A stretch of DNA of 64,000 bases from Candidatus Latescibacterota bacterium (GTDB taxonomy: Bacteria > Latescibacterota > UBA2968 > UBA8231): NCBI GenBank assembly GCA_965200315.1, contig OZ241362.1, positions 3,648,001-3,712,000 on the forward strand. The letters run 5' to 3'. The translations under genes and the position numbers were made by a program. Position 1 is the stretch's first letter; each line of letters opens with the position of its first letter. This document shows, piece by piece, positions 56,219 through 64,000 of the stretch. Under the pieces are notes generated by a model, which saw only the letters and a list, made by a program, of their open reading frames with translations, ran no database searches and was not told the DNA's origin.

Positions 56219-59200
56219 GTGCCGCGCATTTTCGACAACATTAAACAAAAGCTCCAGCCAGCCCTGGCGGAAACCATGAAGGTCGCCGACCGGGCCGACT
56301 TCTGCGTGGGCTACTTCAACCTCTACGGCTGGCAAGCCATCGACAAATACGTCGAACAGTGGGCTGGTGGCGACGGTCATTGCTGCCGTCTGCTGGTCGG
56401 CATGCAGCGGCTGCCCCATGAAGAGCTTCGCATTGCGCGAAGTTTTTCGGCCAGTGAAGAACAGCTAGACAACCAGACCGCGTTGCGGCTGAAACGCAGG
56501 CTGGCAGAAGAGTTTCGCGAGCAATTGACGATCGGCACCCCCAGCAACGCGGACGAGGCGGGCCTTCGCCGACTAGCGCGACAACTCGACGCAAAGAAGG
56601 TGGTGGTCAAGCTGTTTCTCCGGCACCCGCTTCACGCCAAGCTCTATCTGTTATTCCGCCCAGATCCGATCAATCCAATCGTCGGCTATTTGGGCAGCAG
56701 CAATCTCACTCAAGCGGGGTTATCTGGTCAGGGTGAACTCAACGTAGATGTGCTGGAACTCGACGCCTGTCAGAAACTGGCCCAATGGTTTGCAGAGCGG
56801 TGGAATGACCGTTGGTGCATCGATATATCGCAGGAACTGCTCGAAATTATTAATGAGAGTTGGGCGCGAGAAAAACCAATTCCGCCGTACCATATCTACG
56901 TTAAGATGGCCTACCACCTATCACAGGAAGCACGAGCCGGCCTGAACGAGTTTCGGATCCCCGCAGACTTCGGCAACAAACTGCTCGACTTCCAGATAGC
57001 TGCGGTAAAAATTGCAGCCCATCTCCTGAACAAACGCGGCGGCGTCATCATCGGCGATGTGGTCGGGCTGGGCAAAACGCTCATGGCAACCGCTTTGGCG
57101 CGGATATTTGAAGATGATCTCGGCCTTGAGACCTTAATCATCTGCCCGAAGAATCTCGTCCCAATGTGGGAGGATTATCGCCAGCAGTACCGCCTGCGCG
57201 CCCGCGTCCTGTCGATCAGCCGCGTGATCGACCAATTGCCCAACATGCGCCGGTACCGACTGGTACTCATCGACGAGAGCCACAATCTGAGAAATCGCGA
57301 GGGTAAGAGATACCGTGCCATCCAAGAATACATCACGGAAAACGACAGCAAATGCATCCTGCTGTCGGCGACCCCATACAACAAGACCTACCTAGATTTA
57401 TCTAGCCAACTTCGCCTCTTTGTAGCCGATGATGCCGATCTCGGCATTCGCCCGGAACGCTTGCTTAAAGAGATAGGTGAAACCGAATTCGTGCGCCGGC
57501 ACCAAGCTCCGGTTCGATCGCTAGCGGCATTTGAAAAATCTGAATATGCCGACGACTGGCGGGAGCTGATGCGCCTGTATCTCGTGCGTCGAACTCGCAG
57601 CTTCATCCAACGCAACTATGCTGCCACCGACCAAGCCAATGGGCGAAAATTTTTGACCTTTGAAAACGGTACGCGCTCCTACTTCCCAGCCCGAGTCCCC
57701 AAGACGCTTAGGTTTGATATAGACGAACAATACGCCCGGCTATTTGCAGACCACGTCGTTGAAGCCATAAATGGCTTGGAACTCCCGCGCTACGGGCTGG
57801 GCAATTATGTCAAGTCATCATCGCCCACGCCCCCTACCGATACGGAAACAAAAATTCTAGACGACTTGTCGCGGGCCGGTAAGCGCCTGATGGGCTTTTG
57901 TCGCACCAACCTGTTTAAGCGTCTGGAGAGCAGCGGCCATGCCTTTTTGCTGTCGGTTGAACGACACGTGCTCAGAAACTTCATTTTTCTCCACGCCATT
58001 GATAATGATCTGCCGCTTCCCATCGGAACGACCGATGCCGGGCTCTTGGATACGCAATCCTTCGACCGCGATGCTGATGAGGGGGTCGGGGACTTTTTCG
58101 ATACGGGAGATGAAGACGATGGCGAAGGGTCCAACGGAGCGACCTCACTGAGAACGGAGGCCGATTTCCGCCAGCGAGCCGCCGAGGTCTATGCGCTCTA
58201 TGCTAATCGCTACAAGAGGCGCTTCCGCTGGCTGTCGCCACGCCACTTCGTCGCGGATCTCGGCAGTGCCTTAAAGGCGGACGCCAAAGCACTTCTCAAC
58301 CTCCTAGCCCAATTCGGCGAGTGGCAAGCGGCCAAAGACGCCAAGCTGAATGCACTGGAAGAACTGCTGAGGAGCAACCATGCGGACCGCAAAGTTCTGG
58401 TCTTTACCCAATTTGCCGACACGGTGCATTATCTAGAAAAAGAGTTGCGGGCGCGCGGAGTGTCGAACATGGCCGCCGCGACTGGAGACACGCCGGACGT
58501 GACGCAACTTGCTTGGCACTTTAGCCCGAGGAGCAATGAAAAAGACAACCTAGGCCAAGAACTGCGGATCCTGATTGCGACCGACGTGCTCAGCGAAGGG
58601 CAGAACCTGCAAGACTGCGCCGTCGTAGTGAATTACGACCTGCCGTGGGCCATTACCCGCTTGATTCAACGGGCCGGTCGCGTTGACCGCATCGGCCAGC
58701 AGGCGCATGACATCCTGTGCTATTCCTTTCTCCCAGCCGATGGAATCGAACGCCTTATTCGGCTGCGGGAGCGCGTCCGAGCACGCCTCGACCAAAACGC
58801 CGAAGTGGTAGGGACCGACGAGGCATTCTTTGAGAATGAGGACCAACAGGCCGTGCTCGATCTCTACAACGAGAAGGCCGGCATTCTCGATGGCGACGAC
58901 GATACCGAAGTTGATCTCTCATCCTACGCCTACCAAATCTGGAAAAACGCAACCGAGGCCGACCCACCGCTCAGAAAGAAAATTGAGGACTTGCCGTCTG
59001 TGGTATATTCCGCGAAAGCCTACTGTGAACGACCAGCGCAACCGGAAGGGGCACTCGTTTATATGCGTACCGCACAAGGAAACGATGCCTTGGTTTGGAT
59101 CGACCGCGATGGCAACAGCGTTACCGAGAGTCAATTTGAGATCCTGCGGACTGCCGAATGCTCGCCCAACGCGCCAGCCGTACCGCGTCATGGCACCCAT

Positions 59201-59578
59201 CACGATCTAGTGAGCAAGGCCGTAGAGTACATTGCCCGTGAGGAAAAACAGGTCGGCGGCCAGCTTGGGAGGCCGTCTGGTGCGCGGTTTCGCACCTACG
59301 AGCGGCTCAAGAATCACGCCGAACGGATCGAGGGGACCCTGTTCGATACTGAGCCTTTGCGCCGGGCCATTGACGACATCTATCGCTATCCCTTGCGCCA
59401 AGCTGCGCTGGATACCCTGAACCGGCAGTTGCACAGCGGGATTTCCGCTGAGGCACTTGCCGAGTTGGTCGTCACGCTCCGGGAGGAAGATCGGCTCTGC
59501 GTCGTCCACGAAGAAGATGAACGCCAAGAACCGAGCATTGTCTGTTCGTTGGGTCTAATTAAACAGGGCGGGGACTGA
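56219..59578 (+). CDS. Phospholipase-D-nuclease / SNF2-type helicase fusion (defence-associated)
   Basis: LHAKLYL...YLGSSNLT (PLD HxK), GDVVGLGKT, DESHN, SATP, DVLSEGQNLQ, QRAGRVDRIGQ. Confidence 0.9.
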   Translation: MPRIFDNIKQKLQPALAETMKVADRADFCVGYFNLYGWQAIDKYVEQWAGGDGHCCRLLVGMQRLPHEELRIARSFSASEEQLDNQTALRLKRRLAEEFREQLTIGTPSNADEAGLRRLARQLDAKKVVVKLFLRHPLHAKLYLLFRPDPINPIVGYLGSSNLTQAGLSGQGELNVDVLELDACQKLAQWFAERWNDRWCIDISQELLEIINESWAREKPIPPYHIYVKMAYHLSQEARAGLNEFRIPADFGNKLLDFQIAAVKIAAHLLNKRGGVIIGDVVGLGKTLMATALARIFEDDLGLETLIICPKNLVPMWEDYRQQYRLRARVLSISRVIDQLPNMRRYRLVLIDESHNLRNREGKRYRAIQEYITENDSKCILLSATPYNKTYLDLSSQLRLFVADDADLGIRPERLLKEIGETEFVRRHQAPVRSLAAFEKSEYADDWRELMRLYLVRRTRSFIQRNYAATDQANGRKFLTFENGTRSYFPARVPKTLRFDIDEQYARLFADHVVEAINGLELPRYGLGNYVKSSSPTPPTDTETKILDDLSRAGKRLMGFCRTNLFKRLESSGHAFLLSVERHVLRNFIFLHAIDNDLPLPIGTTDAGLLDTQSFDRDADEGVGDFFDTGDEDDGEGSNGATSLRTEADFRQRAAEVYALYANRYKRRFRWLSPRHFVADLGSALKADAKALLNLLAQFGEWQAAKDAKLNALEELLRSNHADRKVLVFTQFADTVHYLEKELRARGVSNMAAATGDTPDVTQLAWHFSPRSNEKDNLGQELRILIATDVLSEGQNLQDCAVVVNYDLPWAITRLIQRAGRVDRIGQQAHDILCYSFLPADGIERLIRLRERVRARLDQNAEVVGTDEAFFENEDQQAVLDLYNEKAGILDGDDDTEVDLSSYAYQIWKNATEADPPLRKKIEDLPSVVYSAKAYCERPAQPEGALVYMRTAQGNDALVWIDRDGNSVTESQFEILRTAECSPNAPAVPRHGTHHDLVSKAVEYIAREEKQVGGQLGRPSGARFRTYERLKNHAERIEGTLFDTEPLRRAIDDIYRYPLRQAALDTLNRQLHSGISAEALAELVVTLREEDRLCVVHEEDERQEPSIVCSLGLIKQGGD

Positions 59579-59666
59579 ATCTCGTTATACTATATATTAT
59601 TGCAAATGCGATACATTACCCGCCTTTAAGATGCTAATAACGAACAGCTAATCCGGGATATTCCCA

Positions 59667-62600
59667 ATGCCAACACACCTCAATCGCACGAAAATCAGAG
59701 AATATCTAGCGGACTTCGACCTCGAATCCCTGTTCATTGAGGAGCTTGGCTGGGATCGGGGCGGCACAAACATAGAAGTTCCCCTCGACAACGCGACATA
59801 CGATCTCCAAGCCGTCGCCCACAAGCGCGGCATGGTTGTTTATCAGTATGTAGCAAATGACGACGCCTTCCCGAACTATCCCACTCGCCAGAAGATCGAG
59901 AGGGATGTTGCCAAGACCGTCCGCGAACACATCATCGTTTACGCCTCAGCGGACAAGAGCACGTACTATTGGCAATGGGTGAAGCGCGAACCCGGCCAGC
60001 CCGACCGCTCGCGCTCGCATATCTACCGAAGAGGACAAGCGGGCGAAGCATTGATTCAGAAGTTGGAGCAGATCGTCTTCGCGCTAGACGAGGAAGCCGA
60101 CCTGACCATTGTCGATGTATCGGGGCGGGTGCGTGCAGCCTTTGATGTCGAGAAGGTCACAAAGGAATTCTACGACCGCTTCAAGAGAGAACATCTAGCC
60201 TTTCTCGCTTTCATCGAAGGCATTGAGAACGTAGCCGACCGCGAATGGTACGCCTCGCTGATGCTCAACCGGATGATGTTCATCTACTTCATTCAGAAGC
60301 GCGGCTTTCTCGACGGCGATACGAATTATCTGCAAAATCGCTTGCGGAAAGTACGCGAGCAGCGGGGCAACGGAAACTTTCTCGGCTTCTACCGCCTGTT
60401 TCTTCTGCGGCTGTTTCACGAAGGGCTGGGGCAACCAGAGGCCGACCGCGACCCTGAACTGGCGGCGTTGATCGGCAAGGTTCCGTATCTCAACGGAGGC
60501 TTGTTTGAAGTCCACGATCTAGAGCGGGACAACGAAGATCTCCACATCCCGGACGAGGCATTTCAGCAGATATTCGACTTTTTCGACGCCTACCAGTGGC
60601 ATCTCGACGACCGGCCGCTTCGCAATGACAACGAGATCAACCCCGACGTCCTCGGCTATATCTTCGAGAAGTACATCAACCAGAAGCAGATGGGGGCCTA
60701 CTATACCAAGGAGGACATTACTGGCTACATCAGCCGCAACACCATTATTCCCTTTCTGTTTGACCAAGCAAAGAAGGAGTGCGCCATCGCCTTCAAGCCC
60801 GACGGCGGGGTGTGGGAGCTATTAGCCGACGATCCAGATCGGTATTTCTACGAGGCTGTTCGGCACGGCATTACCTACGACATCCATAAAGGGGAAACTC
60901 TCACGGCAAAGCGCGAGCTGCCGCCTGAGATAGCGGTTGGCCTGCAAGACGTGTCCAAGCGCGGCGACTGGAACAAGGCGGCCCCGCCGGCCTATGCCCT
61001 GCCGACCGAGACTTGGCGCGAGCATATCGCCCGTCGCCAACGCTACGAAGAGGTCCGGGCCAAGCTCGCTGCCGGCGAGGTCGCGTCGATTAACGAGCTG
61101 ATCACGTACAATCTGGACATTGAGAAATTCGCCAAAGACGTGATTGCTGGTAGCGAGGGTTCCGAACTCATTCGCGCCTTCTGGCAGGCGATTACTCAGG
61201 TCTCCATTCTCGATCCCACCTGCGGTTCGGGTGCCTTCTTGTTTGCCGCGCTCAACATCTTGGAGCCGATATACACGGCCTGCTTAGAGGCCATGCAGGG
61301 GTTTCTAGACGATCTGGAAAGTTCGCGACGTAAGCATCGTCCAGAGAAACTGAAGAACTTCCGCGAGGTGCTGGGTAAGGTCGCCAGCCACGCCAGTGAG
61401 CGGTACTTCACGCTCAAGTCCATCATCGTCAACAACCTCTATGGCGTGGACATCATGGAAGAAGCGGTGGAAATCTGCAAACTACGACTCTTCCTGAAGT
61501 TGGTCGCGCAGTTGGAGCGTTACGAGCAGATCGAGCCGTTGCCCGACGTTGACTTCAATGTCCGCGCCGGTAATACGCTCGTGGGGTTTACGACGCTCGC
61601 GGAAATACAGGAGGCGTTTGTCTCCACCCCGGATGGCCAGCGAAGAATGATCTATGCCGAAGACGAAGCTAAGCTGAAGCGGATTGAAGAGGACGCCGAG
61701 GTCGCCGACCGGGCCTTTCGTCAGTTTCGCAAGATGCAGACCGAGCACGAGATGGATGCGGGTGCGTTCGCCAGTGCCAAGACGGAATTGCGAAAGCGAC
61801 TCAATGATTTGCGCGCCGAATTGGATCAGTATTTGGCTGGTGATTATGGCGTCGAGAGTGAGGATGAACGAGCGTACCGGAAATGGCGTGAAAGCCACCA
61901 GCCATTTCACTGGTTCGTCGAGTTTTATGGGATTATGAGAAGCGGCGGGTTTGACGTGATTGTCGGGAATCCGCCGTATGTTTCAACTATAAAAATACGA
62001 AAATTCTATGATGTAAGGCACTTGAGCTGTAATAGATGTCCTGACATTTACGCATGGGTATTAGAACGCAGTCAGGTCTTGCTTCGTATGAATGGTAGAT
62101 GCGGCGTGATTGTGCCTCTAAGCCTCGGGTTCAGTTCCGCTTTTGATTCGTGTCGCCGCCTTTTATTCTCTGGATACAGCCAAAATTGGTTCTCGTCGTT
62201 TGGCCGTATCCCGTCAGCCTTGTTCAGCTTTGATGTTCGAGTCAGGAATATCATTCACCTTGCACTTAAGTCGAAAGGGCTAAAAAGCACCCAAACTACC
62301 CGACTGCACCGCTGGTCTGCTGATGCACGTCCGACATTACTAGAAATACTGGAATACGTATCATTTAACCCCATTCTTTGGAAAAATAGAATACCAAAGC
62401 CGAATAGCCGATCACTCGCAAATTCTTTTGAGAGACTTCTTTCCTTCGAGAATCGAAAAGTTGAAGGGATACTCGCACGTCGCCCGACTCGACATGTATT
62501 ACATTTTAAGAAAACGTCCTACAACTGGCTGAACTTCTGTAGTGAGATGCCAGCATGTTATAATGAGAAAGGGCAAACTATTCCACATACACAGTTTGGC

Positions 62601-63005
62601 CATCTATACTTCAAAGACTCTATAACGTACCAGCTTGCTATGTTATTAGCAAATGGAAAGCTCATGCTGACTTTTTGGCTCATGATTGGCGACGATTTCC
62701 ACGTGACTCAATGGAACTTTACCGACTTTCCAACTAATTTTGAATGTCTATCAGAACAACAAACCGCTGATCTTCTCAGAATTTTTCCACGTTTGAAATT
62801 CGCCATGAAAGAGAATACTCAATTTAAGTTAAACGCAGGTAAAAAAGTTGGTAACTACAATGTAGCTAAGTGTCGTCTTATTACGGATATAAGCGATAAA
62901 ATTTTTTGCGAATCAATTGGACTCTGCGACGTATGGGAGGATATTGAACTCTACTATGCTCAAGCTGTACGGACAGATTTCAGTTTGAACGAAGAGGACA
63001 ACTGA
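59667..63005 (+). CDS. Eco57I-like (type IIG/DrmMI-like) N6-adenine DNA methyltransferase with C-terminal TRD
   Basis: PYLNGGLF, LGYIFEKYIN, GAYYT, ILDPTCGSGAF, LYGVDIMEEA, GFDVIVGNPPY. Confidence 0.92.
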   Translation: MPTHLNRTKIREYLADFDLESLFIEELGWDRGGTNIEVPLDNATYDLQAVAHKRGMVVYQYVANDDAFPNYPTRQKIERDVAKTVREHIIVYASADKSTYYWQWVKREPGQPDRSRSHIYRRGQAGEALIQKLEQIVFALDEEADLTIVDVSGRVRAAFDVEKVTKEFYDRFKREHLAFLAFIEGIENVADREWYASLMLNRMMFIYFIQKRGFLDGDTNYLQNRLRKVREQRGNGNFLGFYRLFLLRLFHEGLGQPEADRDPELAALIGKVPYLNGGLFEVHDLERDNEDLHIPDEAFQQIFDFFDAYQWHLDDRPLRNDNEINPDVLGYIFEKYINQKQMGAYYTKEDITGYISRNTIIPFLFDQAKKECAIAFKPDGGVWELLADDPDRYFYEAVRHGITYDIHKGETLTAKRELPPEIAVGLQDVSKRGDWNKAAPPAYALPTETWREHIARRQRYEEVRAKLAAGEVASINELITYNLDIEKFAKDVIAGSEGSELIRAFWQAITQVSILDPTCGSGAFLFAALNILEPIYTACLEAMQGFLDDLESSRRKHRPEKLKNFREVLGKVASHASERYFTLKSIIVNNLYGVDIMEEAVEICKLRLFLKLVAQLERYEQIEPLPDVDFNVRAGNTLVGFTTLAEIQEAFVSTPDGQRRMIYAEDEAKLKRIEEDAEVADRAFRQFRKMQTEHEMDAGAFASAKTELRKRLNDLRAELDQYLAGDYGVESEDERAYRKWRESHQPFHWFVEFYGIMRSGGFDVIVGNPPYVSTIKIRKFYDVRHLSCNRCPDIYAWVLERSQVLLRMNGRCGVIVPLSLGFSSAFDSCRRLLFSGYSQNWFSSFGRIPSALFSFDVRVRNIIHLALKSKGLKSTQTTRLHRWSADARPTLLEILEYVSFNPILWKNRIPKPNSRSLANSFERLLSFENRKVEGILARRPTRHVLHFKKTSYNWLNFCSEMPACYNEKGQTIPHTQFGHLYFKDSITYQLAMLLANGKLMLTFWLMIGDDFHVTQWNFTDFPTNFECLSEQQTADLLRIFPRLKFAMKENTQFKLNAGKKVGNYNVAKCRLITDISDKIFCESIGLCDVWEDIELYYAQAVRTDFSLNEEDN

Positions 63006-63223
63006 TGAATACCAATTCTACAACTCTACCGACGAATAGTTCAGACTGCATAGATTACGCCGTCAAGTGTCGCATGGGACGAAAAACCTCTTACGAAGCA
63101 AATACTAACGACCTTTTCAAGCTAGCAGCAAAGGTCTATGAGGGCATCTCCGATACTGACCTGAACGACATGGAAGAAATTATTCATGATCGTCGCAATT
63201 TTTTTGGAGATAAAAACCAATAA
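63005..63223 (+). CDS. Small hypothetical protein, C-terminus resembling antitoxin-like small proteins
   Basis: Overlaps the MTase stop. LAAKVYEGISDTDLNDMEEIIHDRRNFFG. Confidence 0.45.
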   Translation: MNTNSTTLPTNSSDCIDYAVKCRMGRKTSYEANTNDLFKLAAKVYEGISDTDLNDMEEIIHDRRNFFGDKNQ

Positions 63224-63327
63224 TGGCTCTACAAGGAAGGTATTTAAACTGCTATGATACACCCTCCTATACATTGGGATATGCACCATCAAGAAACGAA
63301 TGACACTCTTGGAGATGTAACCCATAG

Positions 63328-63489
63328 ATGAAAGACAAGACTAAGCAAAACCTAGAAGATATTGTCTCACGTCTTCTAACCGTTGATCCCTATAGAATCG
63401 TACTTTTTGGATCCCTTGCTACAGGCATGGATAGAGAAGACAGCGATATAGAACGTTCAGGAAGGACACTGCATGAGAAGCCAAACTAA
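63328..63489 (+). pseudogene. Internally deleted minimal nucleotidyltransferase (MNT)
   Basis: MKDKTKQNLEDIVSRLLTVDPYRIVLFGSLATGMDREDSDI, then jumps to a C-terminal-like GRTLHEKPN*. Only 53 aa. Confidence 0.7.
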
Positions 63490-64000
63490 AGCGTGGCTAG
63501 ATTTGGCTGGAAGCTCGCCTGAGTTCACGTTTAAGGGCAACCTCGGCATACTCGACAGCATCCTAATTGGCTTCTTCTGCTCTGTGCGTTGCCCGGGCGA
63601 CGCAATCCTCAAGACCTACGATCTGGCACGAATACTACGAGACACCGACGCGGCGATTGTCGGCGGTTTTCAGTCGCCTATGGAAAAGGAGTGCCTAGAC
63701 TTGCTGTTGCGCGGCTCGGCGTCGATCGTAGTTTGTCCGGCGCGCGGGCTTAGCCAAATGCGGATTCCGAAAAGCTGGAAGGAGCCGTTGGCCGAAGATC
63801 GTTTGCTGATCTTGTCCTTTTTCGCCGACCGCATTCGCCGCCCCACCACAGCAATTGCCGCCCAGCGCAATGCCCACATCGCCGCGCTCGCCGACCGCAT
63901 TCTTATTGCCCATGCCGAAAAGGGCGGCAAAACTGAGGCATTGTGCAAGAAAGTGCTCACTCAAGGAAAACCAGTGTTTGCCATAGAATCCCCATATAAC
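63473..64000 (+). CDS. DprA/SMF-like SLOG-fold protein, 3'-truncated by window edge. The first ~12 aa look like a HEPN N-terminus.
   Basis: Open frame not in the ORF track: MRSQTKAWLDLA-GSSPEFTFKGNLGILD...GFFCSVRCPGDAILKTYDLA...VGGFQSPMEKECLDLLLRG...CPARG...QRNAHIAALADRILIAHAEKGGKT. Confidence 0.85.
   Translation, partial: MRSQTKAWLDLAGSSPEFTFKGNLGILDSILIGFFCSVRCPGDAILKTYDLARILRDTDAAIVGGFQSPMEKECLDLLLRGSASIVVCPARGLSQMRIPKSWKEPLAEDRLLILSFFADRIRRPTTAIAAQRNAHIAALADRILIAHAEKGGKTEALCKKVLTQGKPVFAIESPYN

Noticed and set aside
1-64000. tRNA, rRNA, riboswitch, integrase or transposase
   Set aside because: None recognised by eye. A covariance-model and HMM search would be needed to exclude small RNAs.

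Overview
High-GC bacterial DNA with about 45 CDSs. No rRNA, tRNA, CRISPR array or intact transposase was recognised. The FlgD/CHU_C-type C-terminal domains, xWGxIK C-termini, PhyH dioxygenase and DUF6785 membrane protein suggest an FCB-group lineage such as Latescibacterota or Gemmatimonadota, possibly a sponge or marine symbiont (inference only). Layout: (1) 1-18 kb holds catabolic and housekeeping genes, a sugar ABC transporter and scattered accessory genes. (2) 18.9-44.7 kb is a large cell-envelope or surface-protein locus (SGNH-TPR, DUF6785, PPIase, TPR, FG-GAP/ASPIC-UnbV, three FlgD-Ig/type-B-CTD-like proteins, a probable outer-membrane protein, GT39-TPR and xWGxIK-tailed proteins), interrupted by a decayed island at 36-38.8 kb. 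(3) 44.8-55.2 kb holds purF, glnB, an aminotransferase, an SDR and a peptide ABC transporter. (4) 55.3-64 kb is a defence island with a PLD-SNF2 helicase, an N6-adenine methyltransferase with an AT-rich TRD, TA remnants and a DprA/SLOG-like gene. The most striking observation is a 24-bp imperfect palindrome inserted in frame, in both orientations, inside protein-coding genes: four near-identical copies at CGAC^C sites, two related copies, and an empty paralogous site in the same gene. Also notable are the DISARM-like PLD-helicase/MTase/SLOG module, the putative C-terminal-signal surface secretion locus and a poly-T spacer promoter.
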